Positions 1-12,934 are shown, counted from the stretch's first letter. The stretch: 64,000 nt of DNA from Phoronis australis (GCA_002633005.1 NMRA01000247.1:454958-518957), one strand, 5' to 3'. Translations and numbers: made by a program. Notes: generated by a model from the letters alone, not told the origin.

Positions 1-599
1 TCTGCAAGTCAGATCCACCATAAATATAAACTGAGACATGCTCCTCCCAAGTCAAAAATCTCTAAAAATTAACATCTAGGCTCTTTCATTCAAACGTATG
101 AATACAGCACCACCTTGTGGCCAATTATACAGATGCACCACCACTGGAGGAGTCAGAAGTATTCAACAGAGGTGGCCACAGAAATTGTTGGCGATCGAGG
201 GCTGGGGAATGGGTTAAAATGAATGCAACCCAGGAACATTTTGCAATAAACACCCGTTGTCCTCCTGTTACTAAGCCAATATGCACCACCCCCACCATGA
301 TCAGGGGACCAGAGGTGAGTTGCGCAGGTGCAAGAAACTCTAAAATAAATCAAGTGTGATCACATGGTTCACCTTTACTGCACGAGTTTCTTGGGTCTGC
401 GAAACACAACCCTGTTCAGTGAGGCAGACTCCCGGCGACATCTGTTGGATAGAGACTCCCAGTGCTATCTGTTGGCAGCACTTACATATGCTCACAACAC
501 TATTATCTGATCACACCATTACATTGCCTTGACACATCGAATATTCTTTTGTTTCCTGTGAGAGGTGTAAACATTCAATTGTCAATTGTCACAGTAAAG

Positions 600-703
600 C
601 TACTCCACTGCAGTAGACTGTTGTGCAAACAGCACGCCCTGATACATGATTCCATTGATTTCCATGCTGACGACAAGGGAGTTGTCTGCATCTCGACTTT
701 CTG
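600..703 (-). CDS. ARID3: ARID3/dead ringer last coding exon (REKLES-beta region, stop codon)
   Basis: Acceptor cttacag|CA, phase 1 matching the previous exon. Translates (A)ESRDADNSLVVSMEINGIMYQGVLFAQQSTAVE*, with TAG at 602-600. SLVVSMEINGIMYQGVLFA matches the conserved C-terminal REKLES-beta motif of ARID3 proteins. Confidence 0.93.
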
Positions 704-983
704 CTGTAAGACCGAGAAGAGAAATGATGATAGGTAGTGCTACATAACAATGAAAAATGGTCCAAAGTAGTGGAATAATTTTATGGACAAGTTAAACTTT
801 TTACAGCACACATGCTTTTTACAAGGCTGAGCAAATGACATTAAACATAATGTTGCATAGAAATGCAAAAGCTTAAAAAGAATAATTGCTCATAATCACA
901 ATTCCAGAATACTAAATTAAGTTTTGAAGTTTAAATTTCCTCCAATATAACACCACACAGCTGGCACGAAGAGCAGAACGTTA

Positions 984-1391
984 AGTACTGTCCACACACA
1001 GACTTGCGCTACAACACTGAGTTACTCCTGCAACAAGTTGCTGCTAGGTTTGGAGGCTGTGTGGACGCTATTTAAACTGGTGCAACTTACCCCACTAAGT
1101 GACAACTTACCACACTAGTGACAACTTACTCCACATTATTGAGGTAAGGATAACTTGTTCTAGCACAAATTGCGCCACTTCTAATATTGCTGTGTGGTCG
1201 CACAACTGGAGTAAGGCAGAGGTATAATTATCAGCTGTGTATTCATAACAGCTGTCCAATGTCATGCGCAGAATGACAATTTCCACCTTACCCTAGTTAT
1301 GGAATGTATGTGTGCGCAGATGTTCCACTTAAAGTGGGGCAAGTTGCACTAGTGAAAGTTGTTCAAGGATAGGCTGTGTGTGGACAGGACC
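984..1391. mobile_element. MITE, PIF/Harbinger-like
   Basis: About 20-bp TIRs: agtactgtccacacacagac versus ggctgtgtgtggacaggacc. Flanks are TTA/TTT (degenerate 3-bp TSD). Subterminal inverted blocks gtgcaacttaccccact (~1080) versus agtggggcaagttgcac (~1333), with internal caactta repeats. Confidence 0.7.
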
Positions 1392-2101
1392 TTTGCGCCT
1401 GTAAAATTAAAGCTGTTGTAATCCAGCTCTCAGAAAAAGAAAACTTCATTTGGTCCGCTTAACCCTATAATACAGAGTCTCAAATTGTTCCCTAGTCAGA
1501 TGAAAAGTGATTTCTTGTTGCATGGGATTATGCTCCATGCATACAGTGACACCTATTGACAAGTCAAACTATAGAACCTGACCTTGAACAATGGCAACCT
1601 GCCAACACTTCACAAGCCCAGAAACTACCTCTCATCTTAGAAAGGAACAAGTTGTGAGCAGCTTTTTAATGGTAATTGGTTTAACTCAAAAGTTAGTACT
1701 TTGATGGACGACAGGATGATATTAGCAGCCTGAACTAAGTTTCATCCATTGTTGTTAAATGCCAGATTATCTGAAGTGTTGTTGAGAATTTCCAAAAGAT
1801 CCCGATGTTCTGTTTGTATTGAGATGTAACCATTTGACAAACCTAAACTGAGGAACTGCATAAAAAATCTGAGATTTTTATCACACTCTGGGTCATTGGT
1901 GCAAAAACCTGTTCCAATAGGGCCCTCCCAGATTCACAGCGACACTCGAATCTCTCTGTATTTACCCACAATGCCGTAAACATCCGGCCGTCAGCCACAT
2001 TCGCTGCCTCGTTTTCGTGCCATTGGTGTTTCGAACGTTATTTACTGTTGTCTGATTCTTTACAAGTTTTTCTCGGTTGCATTACACTATTCATACTTCC
2101 A

Positions 2102-2209
2102 ATGCCAACGAAGTATTGTTGCTGTGTTGTGGGCTGACATGAAAAACTTTATAAACTGGACAAATACCAGTGGATGCGTGATCTGAAATTCTTCACCTTC
2201 CAAAAGTAG
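2102..2209 (+). pseudogene. Degenerate THAP zinc-finger N-terminus, probably a transposon relic
   Basis: ATG at 2102 reads MPTKYCCCVVG*HEKLYKLDKYQWMRDLKFFTFQK*. This resembles the THAP pattern M-x-CCVxGC...L-x-FF-x-FP, with Cys replaced by TGA. Confidence 0.4.
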
Positions 2210-4384
2210 GTCAGGCACTCATCTCTGGGACAAAAGAGAGTTCTATCACTGTGTAATCTGGAACCGACCTATTAGAATTCTACCCATAGGTGGTGCTAAT
2301 GTACACCCAAACATGCAAACGTAGAGCTTAAAAGAACGGATTACTTTTGTAGACATCTTAAATTCAGAACAATTCTGAAAATTTTTACTGCAGTATAAGT
2401 TCTTCAATTTGGGAAAGTCTAAATTTTGGGACATGCAGTCTTCCAAAAATTGAATTTTCTAGATTCTAGAATTTAGGACAAGGGGGATTTTGATGTTCAC
2501 CACATTTCTTGAATTTCGGAAAATACAACTTTATATAATATTGCTGAGGGTTGCCAGTGATTCTGGAATTTGGAACAGCCAATATTGGATATTTTTAAAC
2601 TTTGGGACAAGCTCCGACCTTGAGCGAAATATTTGATTTTTCACAGTAACAAATTGGAGAATTGTTACCGTATACCGTCTTTGACATTCAGGAGTTAGAA
2701 CCAAATCAAAAGTGCACACCTGAGTTGCGAATAGTTAACATCAGCACTGAGCTAAACTAATGAGGATATTTGCGACAGTCACTATGAATGAACTATCTAT
2801 TCATAATTGTATCTCGCAGTACCGCAGATAACCTCATCTACTGATTCAATATTGGAAATTTATGTTCGATGGCGAGGCCAACACTATTTGAAGGCTAAAT
2901 ATGGCAGACTGCAACTGAGGCGGGTTTAATACATTTTAATGCACTAAGTCTAACTTGGGCATCTTGCACAACTAACAACCAATCAGTATTATGGCGATGG
3001 TAAATGTCAAGATCTGGTAAAGTCAACATTGACATTTGTACCAAAATCACCTGCCCGGGACATCAGCCCACAAGACAACTGACAGAAATAAAGATTCTTT
3101 TAACGAAAACTATTGATGCCATTAAATGTGGAAAGAGGACGTTATGTCTTGCAACAAACTGAAGAACAGACCATGGACAATTTGTCTGTTTTTGTCAGTT
3201 TATGAGACGGTTTTGACAACATTATGCATAAACAGATGAGTTGTCATTGACAAATTTTATTGCTCTCTTCACCAGAATTAAGTGAATGTCCAGAGCTCTT
3301 GCCTCAAAATGGAGAGGGCTGTCTCCATGACTCAAAATTTAAGCTAACTCAAAATCATGGCAGATACAAAAATTATGGAGAACGAGACAATACCAAATGA
3401 CAAAAAAAAACACCTGAGCCAAAGCCAACATGAATGAAACTTGTACAAATCTGCAATGTAAATGCCCAGAAACTGCAGTGCATATTTCTTCCCAATCCAT
3501 GTCAAAAGTACGGATAAAATACCAAAATGCTTCAAATAGCACAAAGCACATAGGCTAAGAGAATACCTGGTAAAACAAGAATACTTAAAACTTGAAATAA
3601 CCACACGAGTCAATACTTGAGATGTCAAAGTGCCTAAATTGTCAGCAACTCAAACACCTTTTACTTTTGTCTGAAGAGGAGACCTGAATAGCCTCAATAC
3701 AGACACACCGTTTTACATATTTTTGTTGTATCTTTTGATGATTTGTTATATGTCCTTATTAATAGGATCAACAAAGATACCTTGAGATTGGCAAAATCTG
3801 CATCAAAATCATAAACAGACAACAGTACAGTGACTTCAACCAATTTTTCACACAAAATTATGGTTGTAAAATAGCTTGTGCAGTGATAGCTGCCAATATT
3901 CAACGTTCTCAAAAGGAACTACTGACCAGTGATCTGTCAACAGAATAATTTCACCGCGGGCAATCTGAAGAACTTCATGCAATACAAAGAATTCTAATTT
4001 ATACATAATTGCTGATGTGCGTTGTAATATCCAACTCAATCAAGAGTATCGAGTGGCCAAACAGATGTCATAATTCATCAAAGTTCACCTTATTACCGTG
4101 GAAACGGTGAGAAAAGAGCAAATTTCGGTCAGCAAATTAAAGGTTGGAATTTTTCCCCATTTATTGGGCCAACATCAGCTAATGAGTTTTGCACACACTG
4201 TCTACATGTATTGCTGCTTGTATCAGGTTCATAGACTGGTTTGGTTTGATAACTTACTTATGGGCGACAGACAATAATTGTCCATGAATTGAAAGACAGC
4301 CATTGACAAGCCAGGAGACAGCAAATATCACCTGACCACTGTTTACAGAAACTATTTCAAATTTTGCAAGTATATAGTTAACAC

Positions 4385-4446
4385 GTATTTTATCCAAGTA
4401 TAATTAAAATAGCAAGTATTTTATCCAAGTATAATTAAAATATCAA
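4385..4446. repeat. 31-bp tandem duplication
   Basis: gtattttatccaagtataattaaaata(g/t)caa x2. Confidence 0.9.
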
Positions 4447-6017
4447 ACGTAAGAACAAAACAAATTATTAATACATTGACTCCAGTAGTAATGAAGACTG
4501 GGATAATATGAAGTGGTGAGTGTACCCTTGATGCATCTCAAACAGCAAAGCTATGAGGGGTACTTATTACTTTAAATATTCCCACTAGATGGATCGACAA
4601 CAATAAAAATGAAACAATTTCTTGGAAGCACAGCTCCAGGCGTGGTGATAAAAGCATGGCTGGTAAATTTCACAAACATCAATCCAGTAGTTAGGAAAAA
4701 AAATTGAATTAAGGAAACTTCTACCAAATTTCAAGAAGATCCTTCCCAAGGATTTGGTTGGCAATGAGCCGGATAACAAAAAATAGACAAAATGTGCTAA
4801 GATTATCCAATAGGTCAAATTAGTAAAATTCTTCAGTGAATTGAACTGAGAGCCCTAGGAAAGTAGTCACAGTATAGAAGCTCAACAAAAGCCCAAGGCT
4901 GATTGATCTATTGTTAGAGTTAGCAAGGCTTGGTTAAGCATGACATTATCTGTTGTGACCTAATGTACAGAAGTTTTTAATCTACAATTTCGAGAAAATA
5001 GCCTTCATAATGCCTTTTGGCAAGGTGGGACTTTGATTTTTAGAAATGGTGAACTGGAAATCACAACAGTTTTAAACGGTGTCTGAAAGAAATGGGAGTT
5101 AGCAACTGATTGCTAGGATTCCAATTCATTAGTTAAGGGATCTCCACACATAACAAACAGTGCAAATGTGTCTGGATTTCAGAGGGCTTCAGGGGTGATG
5201 CATAGAAAATCTCATCACGCCCATCCAAAAATGGGCAGATGCTGTCCTCTCTGTCATAAGAACAAAACTGCTAAATTACACGAGTAATCATCAAATGACT
5301 TGATTGGCCAGAAAAGAGGGTGACGTCCTAAAGTGAAATTGCCCCTCGGGGGTTCAGTGATAAACAAATCTGTCCAACTGAGTACCTACAAGTGTGCTTC
5401 ATGTTCTGCGCAATTTAATAGGGTGTAAATCTGAAGCTTTGGTAGGAACACGGGTTGCAATTTTCTGTTTAGGATGGTAGAAACATGGTGACAATTTTCA
5501 AGGCCCAGCGGCAATCTGCTACCCAAATATATGTGTTGTTGACCTGCAGGATTTGAAAATTGGTTTTTAATACGAACACTAAACCAGGACATTAAAAACA
5601 GGTTTTAAATCAAAAATGAAATGCCAAGTATGAAGTGCAGCATTGCACTTAATTAAAATAAACAACTTTTTAACCAAATTAGTCTGCACAGATGTGCATC
5701 CAAGCAGAGTGGCTTCAAGTCGTCTGCTGCACAAGTAGTGAGACAGCATACATGTGAAACAGGCGACGTAGGTCACAACAAAAATGGAGAATCAAATCAT
5801 GTCATGGGTAATGGGCGACTCGAAGCTCACTAGGTGGTCAAGTGCATGCATTCCAGTAGTCACCTTAGCTCTTAAGTCTACAAATGGCTATAGGAAAATG
5901 AACTGCTCTTTGCCAATTCTATTCAGATGTCAAAAAAGTGAAGCCTTTCTGTATTAGTCTCATCTAGTGAATAATGAGTTGCCAATTTTTAAAAGAAATT
6001 ACAACAGAACTACTAAC

Positions 6018-6269
6018 CTCTGCTCGTTACTTTGATATGTGCACTGGGCATGCCCGCGTGAGCTAATAGTCGTTGCTCTTCTGACAACACCTTCTGTTTC
6101 TTGGGAGCCGGCTCATCATCTCTTAGCAGGTCTGGCTTCGAAATAGTTTCCGTTTTCTTCATTGCTTCCCTGGCGGCTTCCTCCATTGCACGCGATGCAA
6201 CCTCCATGGCGATTTTGCTCCTGATTGACAAATCGTGTGGAGGAGAGGATGGTGGAGTCCTATCATCAT
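6018..6269 (-). CDS. ARID3: ARID3/dead ringer internal exon (linker and start of REKLES region)
   Basis: tttgtag|AT ... AGA G|gttagt; 252 nt, phase 1 to 1. Translates (D)DDRTPPSSPPHDLSIRSK...EPAPKKQKV...MPSAHIKVTSR and joins in frame with both neighbouring exons. Confidence 0.9.
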
Positions 6270-6700
6270 CTACAAATGAATACACCTTACAAGAGGAATG
6301 ATACTGAATGTTACAAACACTAAAGTGAATGTAACTTTTCAAACTATTTCTTCATAACATATTTTAATATGACACAACTCAAATAAATACTACGGCCTCA
6401 AGAAGGCTATTTTCATGATATAGAAACATGCAAATGGGTCTCTTTTAGTGATTTCATACGTGTTTTGCCAGAAAAGAGAATTCCAGTACCAGCTGGCTTC
6501 TTCCACATCCACGTGCTCTCACAGACACTCTCACGAACTTAATTTTGTTGTTGTGCAGATCAAGCATCAGATATGAAATGCGACTTCTCCATTTTCAACT
6601 TTTAGTAAACAACACAAATGAACATCAGTAACTTTTTACTACTTTTTGTCATCTAAATCAAAACAGATATAAGTACACATAGTACAACAAATCAACTTAC

Positions 6701-6981
6701 CAGAATGATTGGCAGAGTGTGGCGGCTTAGGACATAATGCCAACGGTGGACTGCCGAACCCATTAAGATGTCCGTTCAAGTGGCTGTTAATTGCTCCGAG
6801 ACCACTGAAGAAACCCCCATTCAAATGAGGTGAGACCAGCGTTGGGGCACCGGGGGACATCTCGTATCCATAGCTGGACCGGCGACCCTCTCTTCTGTTG
6901 CCGTCTATGGCAGCTTGAAGTTCTGATGGTGAACTAAGCTTTAGTTTCTCACATTCGTACGGGTAGAGGTACTTCATGTAT
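6701..6981 (-). CDS. ARID3: ARID3/dead ringer exon (end of ARID plus eARID C-extension)
   Basis: ttttcag|A TAC ATG ... TCT G|gtaagt; 281 nt, phase 2 to 1. Translates YMKYLYPYECEKLKLSSPSELQAAIDGNRREGRRSSY, diagnostic of ARID3. Confidence 0.97.
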
Positions 6982-7397
6982 CTGAAAACAGGTGGAATTT
7001 AAGTGTAAATAAAAGTTTGTTTACTGTCATGTGACCAACAGTAAAATATGCAGATAATTCAAATATTTGTTCGCAATCAAAAGAATTATTTTTTCAATTG
7101 CAAAAACAAAATGCTTTTGTAACAGAATTGAGCATGCTACGGCAATATTGGAAAGAAGAACTGAAAATAAAATAATTTACCGACCAACCTACCCATATCA
7201 GAGGTGTGAAGGCCAGGCGGTAGTACAAAAAATATTTAAAGGACGACATTATTTAAGAGATTGCCACAAAGTTTGGACAAATTGAGCAAAATTTTTATTA
7301 CAGGCCTAATTTGTTCTGAATGTGAATGCAATTATTTTGGCAGAGGAGCTTAAAACGTAAATGGGCAAATCAGAAACAGTGCAATAATCATGTCATC

Positions 7398-7406
7398 GTG
7401 TGTGTT

Positions 7407-7453
<47 letters not shown>

Positions 7454-7459
7454 GTGTGT
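7398..7459. repeat. (GT)n microsatellite
   Basis: Interrupted GT dinucleotide run in the intron between the 7660 and 6981 exons. Confidence 0.95.
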
Positions 7460-7659
7460 ATTGCGTGAAGTATAAACACAGTACTCTTGTTCAGGGACAT
7501 GAACTATTAAAACAGAAAATGCTGTTAAGGTTTAATTCACTACCCATATGAACAGCCCCTATAACAACATGAAGCACCCTAAAGGGAGAGACACACACAC
7601 ACTGAGGTGTTTATCAGGGAGAATGCAGTGAGTGTCTTAGTGAAGGTAACTATACATAC

Positions 7660-7843
7660 TGTGTCCTGAGTGTGAACGCAGCGCTTGTGATGGAAGAAGG
7701 AAGATTGAGTCCCTTGGTTATCTCACGCCATAGCTTCTTGTTGATGACTTCTACCAATCCTCCTTTGGACACTACCAACTTGAAGAGCTGATAGAGGTCC
7801 AGGGTTTGCTTAGCCATGATGGGGATACGGTTCACGGGTGTAC
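7660..7843 (-). CDS. ARID3: ARID3/dead ringer exon (ARID core)
   Basis: ctcttag|GT ACA ... ACA CA|gtatgt; 184 nt, phase 1 to 2. Translates TPVNRIPIMAKQTLDLYQLFKLVVSKGGLVEVINKKLWREITKGLNLPSSITSAAFTLRT. Confidence 0.98.
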
Positions 7844-9031
7844 CTAAGAGTAGAATTAATACAATTACTTGTATATACAGTTGCAGCAATTTCAGATGAC
7901 TACAGTGCAGTTGTGACCTGGATGTCACTATTTCAGAGCACCTATGAAGATAAAGTAACTGATGGGATAAAACAATTCTTGTCATGATTCTCTCAGATCA
8001 TTAATTCAATACAGGTATTTTGCATATTATACCGATAAGAAAACATTAAGATAGGAAGGAAATGCAGAAAAAATATACCGAAGTAACATAATGTGACCAG
8101 CAGACGACATCGGGATCAGATTAATGAAACTTAATTATTTTGCTTATTGATTTTTTCCAACATCTAAACTAAATAACGCAAGAATGCATAGCAATCATGT
8201 CTTTAACAGACAACAAAAGATGCCATATAAAAAGCATTCTTTCTCACAATTATCACCAGTTTAATGGAGATATTTGCCAATTTTGCTCTAAAACCCCAAT
8301 AAACAACTTAAGACTTTCTTAATGATGTTATTTATAACAGAGTACTAGATGTGTCCATCAAGTGAAAAACATATCAAGGATGTTTATTCTGTTTCAAGTC
8401 AAGTGTATCTGCAAGCTAATTGAACCAAGTAACACAGACCAAATACTGACAGATCTCATTGGTTAAAAATGATCAAATTAACTGTTTATGTTGCAACACT
8501 TCATGAAAAATATATCAATTGGTAAACTAAGCCTTACTATTCTACCACAAAAAACTTAATGTCATTTTTTCGAGTAAGGTAAACTTTCCAAAAAAAAAAA
8601 CAAAAGCAGCAACACACATAATCTCTAACAAATGGTGACGGTTCATTAGTTTCAGTGCATTAGTTTTTCAGAGCATTATATGTTCTTTTTATCCTTTCAA
8701 TAGTTTAACTAATGAATCAAATTAATTTCAACCATTCTCTAATAGCAAGAGGCAGAAGCCATTAGCTTCAAAACCATTCAAGAAAGAGAATGCAACAGAG
8801 TATGGGAGTATCCAAAGAATTTGACAGAATTGACTTTTGATTGTCTCTGCATTCCAGTGCTTTCATTAGTTCTCGCTATAATTTCACCCAGCCATGGGAT
8901 TAGGGTGTGAACAACGATTAGATTAATGATGACACCAACCGAAACTTTTAAAAGAGATGTCCATTGATGTAACATTGGCAGACAACCCTGGGGTGAGGTA
9001 ATACCACACTTTCTAAATTAGATGTCATTCA

Positions 9032-9090
9032 TTAATAAATCACACAGGGGTAAATGACTTCTTAATAAATCACACAGGGGTTAAATGACT
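9032..9090. repeat. ~30-bp tandem duplication
   Basis: ttaataaatcacacagggg(t)taaatgact x2. Confidence 0.9.
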
Positions 9091-11900
9091 GTGGGACACC
9101 AGTATCAAACAGAAATCTGCTATCTTTCTGAAGTTGATCACCATAATCTCCATATATCCTTCAGGAGACATTCAGCTGTTAGACTGGTGGGGTACCTTCA
9201 TTCCTGATGCGCCAGATGACACAATATGTATAACCCAGATTAGGAAAATCACATTTCCCAGTAGACCACTTGTGGGTTTCCAAACTTGAACAGAAAAGTG
9301 GGAAAAATCATTCTCTTGTTGCATAACCTAAAATAAGGTCTTTAACCCCCCAAATGGAAAACCAGCTTGAGGTCTCACAAACCTTGGGACTTGGACATAC
9401 TTCCATAGAAGCAAGGAACTCGACAAAATGCAAGACTTGCGAAATATCGCCATGCATTACACTCACAAAATTCTTGCATCTATGAAACGTAGACCAAATT
9501 AGCAACATGATGTGAAGGAAAGTGGGACAAAAATCCTCCACAGTTTATGCGTCACAACCAGGTCATGACAATGGTGAAGGAAAGCAAACCTATAACCAAA
9601 TACAGGAGACTCCCTGGCAATGGCAATGTTAGCACTGAATTTCTTGGTGACTGGATAATCGAACTATAGCGAATACCGCACACTGCTTCTTTAAACATGC
9701 AAGTCAGGGTAATGTTTAAACAAAATAACAAAAATAATGGACAGTGACATAATGAAAATTATTTCTGGTAAATAGCGGTTCACAAATTTTCTGTCCACTT
9801 TTCTTGGAACATTTTGTGCAGTTGAAAAATTGTACCATCCAGAGCTATGTCCATATTTTTTCTTATTATTTGCGGTCTTTTTTGAATAGTCAGCAGCAAC
9901 AATTTGTTTTTGAGTAACTTGGAAGAAGCAATCAGAGAGCTGATCACTTTACTGCATCTCAAGTTTGTGCAGAACTCATGGCATTTCTATTAAATGTGAT
10001 TTGATATAGCAACTAATTCAGAATACAAGAGCGACAATGGCAGCTGTCAGGTGATTTGTTATAACGGTGAATGCATAACGTTCACAGACAAAGGGAAAGG
10101 CCAATACAGACTTCAGGTTTTGGTACAGTTTCATACAGTATGAAGAGCAACTGAAATAAGATGATGACTAGTTGCATATCGCTGTCAAATTACGCAGACA
10201 ACAGCTTCCTCAGACTTTGGATCATTATTATTCAGCAAATGACATCAGACAGGTAAACACTTACTAAGGCTATATACCCATAAACATGCATAGACACATA
10301 GAATAAGAGAGCACAAACAACAGGTGCACTAACTTTAACAATTGAATTCACAATAAAACAAAAACCCACTTTGATATTTTTGTATGAAATTCTCACGAGA
10401 GGCGCCACTTACTTTATGTGCTAATCTTAGCTTGCAGTACATGTACAAGGATGGTGAGAAATTCTGATACTTTCGTACTATCTAGCAACAAATTTTAGTA
10501 ATGGAAGTGCAAATCCAAAACAAGCTCTCTACTGCTGGCTGCTTTTTCCATGTGCTTAGAGTCAGCAGACATATACGCCAGAAGTAAATCTGACTGACCC
10601 AGCAGGAGCCGCTAGTGAATAGTGTGGTTGAAGCTTCAGTCCTGCATTGAGAACATATAGAAATGGTGGTCCATGTACTACTGTTTGTAAATAATCTCTG
10701 TCAAATGTTCATGAATTTAATGGAAACTGACACTGATGTGTACGAATATCACTGCTGGTTCATAACTTTTATATTACTAATAGTAACAAATATTAACAAA
10801 TATAAACCCATATTTTACTAGTGAACACATACATACAGATTGAGCATGTTCAACACCTATGATATACATGAAGAACCTTGCACTATCCAGCCAGAGATGA
10901 ACCCAAAGATTTGCATATTTCTTGGAATTACTATACCCCACATGCATGCTTTTCCACTTCATTCATTTTGATATAACAATTATTGAAATTATTAGGTTTC
11001 ATTTTAATATTATCAAATAATTATTGATGATGAGTTGCTTTTAAAATATAAATGGCATTAAGGCTTACTACTAATGTCGCAATGAAACGGTTTCTTTTTT
11101 AATACGAAAATATACCCAGAGTAAGTGCCATTGACACATAATGGTGAGAAAGAGATGCTATCCAGTTTAAAAACTTTCAACAATTCACTAGGTCAGATGG
11201 TGCTGAGAGCTGCTGTCAATTTCTTGAATTCCACCCCTAAGTCAATTTATTCCTATATTCCAGTGCACAGTGTGTTGATTAGGTTGATTTAGCGAAACAC
11301 CAACTGGTAACATTCAAAGAGTGTTATATGTGCAATGCAATTGAAAACCATCTAATGCCAGGCAGACGGGTAATTTAAATTGCAATTGAAAACGGGCAGT
11401 TTGGCCACTTGAGTCAGACACATTTCGGTTAATCTCAAATTCTGCTTTATATTTAGAATCCTCAATTCTCGCATCGTATCGTTGTATCCGTTCAATCATG
11501 GCAGAAGGATGTTCCGAATTCTTTACGCATTCAATTAAAGCCAGAACCCAGACTGGACACCATTCTTGATAGGGTAATTAGTTTGTTGGCATGATATTTT
11601 CAGTTGCAATAAGCCACCGGATACAAAATGTTCTTCTGTCTTCCAAATGAGGACAAATAAATTCAGGAACACTTGCGGGTTCATTTGTGCCATAAGAACA
11701 CTGACTCGTACACTCTCAAGCTCATCACACTGACCGAAAAATGCAAGAAAACAACGATTAGGCGAGAACTGATAAGACCTCTGATGCAACCGAGACACAA
11801 CACAATGTTTGTCAAGCCCGAGTAATTTCACAACTAAAAAATCATACCATTGGACAGTGCTGAAAGAAGTGTTGTGAATTAACAGTAATACATGAAAGCA

Positions 11901-12543
11901 CTCTCATCTGCTTGGAATGAAGCTCACTCTCAGTTGTATAGTACACTTGTGTGATGATCCTTCCTTAAAACACGTAGTGTTGAACATCTGACAGGATGCA
12001 CTGTATACGATGTTAAGTTTGAAGCATTCGAGTTGGCGAAATAAAACCTTGAGATCAAGTTAAATATCCAGTGGTAATAATGGAAACAATAAAACGTATA
12101 AATTCAACATCAATGTATTGATTCGTTATCTTCGAACATTCATTGCCAAGGAAAACACTAAAATGATAAAAGCGTGCAAAAAGCACCGCCTGATGCCATA
12201 AAATGTTAGTACACATCATTATTCGATCCTAGCACATTGCTTTTCATGCGATAGTTTTGACCTTGATAATCAGCAGACATATATGAGAAGATACGGAATC
12301 AATACATCGATGTCGAATTTATGCATTTTATTGCTACCGGTATGCCTATGATTTCACAAGTGCTTAATGGATGAAACTCCAATGACAAGGTTTTATTTCG
12401 CCAACTCACACACAACAACAATGATCTTTTAAGATGAATGTTTGCAATGCATCCTGTCAGGTTTTCAACACTACATCCTTGAAGGATGGACCATTACCAA
12501 TGTATACTATACAAGAGGCAGTGTCATTCTAAGCTTATGGGAG
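11901..12543. mobile_element. Long foldback element / MITE with ~230-250-bp inverted arms
   Basis: gagttggcgaaataaaaccttg versus caaggttttatttcgccaactc (perfect 22 bp). gtagtgttgaacatctgacaggatgca versus tgcatcctgtcaggttttcaacactac. catcaatgtattgattcgttatcttc versus gaagatacggaatcaatacatcgatg. Confidence 0.88.
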
Positions 12544-12934
12544 GGACCAGGGGAAACATAAAATCTGCAAAATCACTTGCTTAAAAGAAATTTTGCTGCC
12601 AACATACAAATGCAAATGAAAATTATGAAACAATTTGGAGCTGTCAAATCTAAGTGGATTATTTTTAATCAAAATAGTGCGATACTCCACACACAAATTC
12701 CTTTGTTTGACTGTATACTCTGTACTCGCTCTCTAAACATAGTCAAAAGTAGGTTTTGCCACCCTTTCAAAAGAGAAAGACAACAAATGCATTGTGATAT
12801 AATGTAGATTTGTGGTATTTACTTCAACTACTCTAGTCTACCTTGTGATTGCAGAACATCAACTGTCCTAATATGATACACAATTGTACTCAGTAACCGT
12901 GATGAAGACCAGCTCATAAGAACACGGCTCTTTT

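Noticed and set aside
582-602. TAG-C stop context suggesting readthrough
   Set aside because: The next in-frame stop is only 5 codons later; no supporting signal
7844-7985. N-terminal parts of ORFs 7650..7985 and 6013..6342, and the C-terminal tail of 6639..6977
   Set aside because: Open-frame run-through into introns beyond the splice sites; ARID3 similarity stops at the junctions
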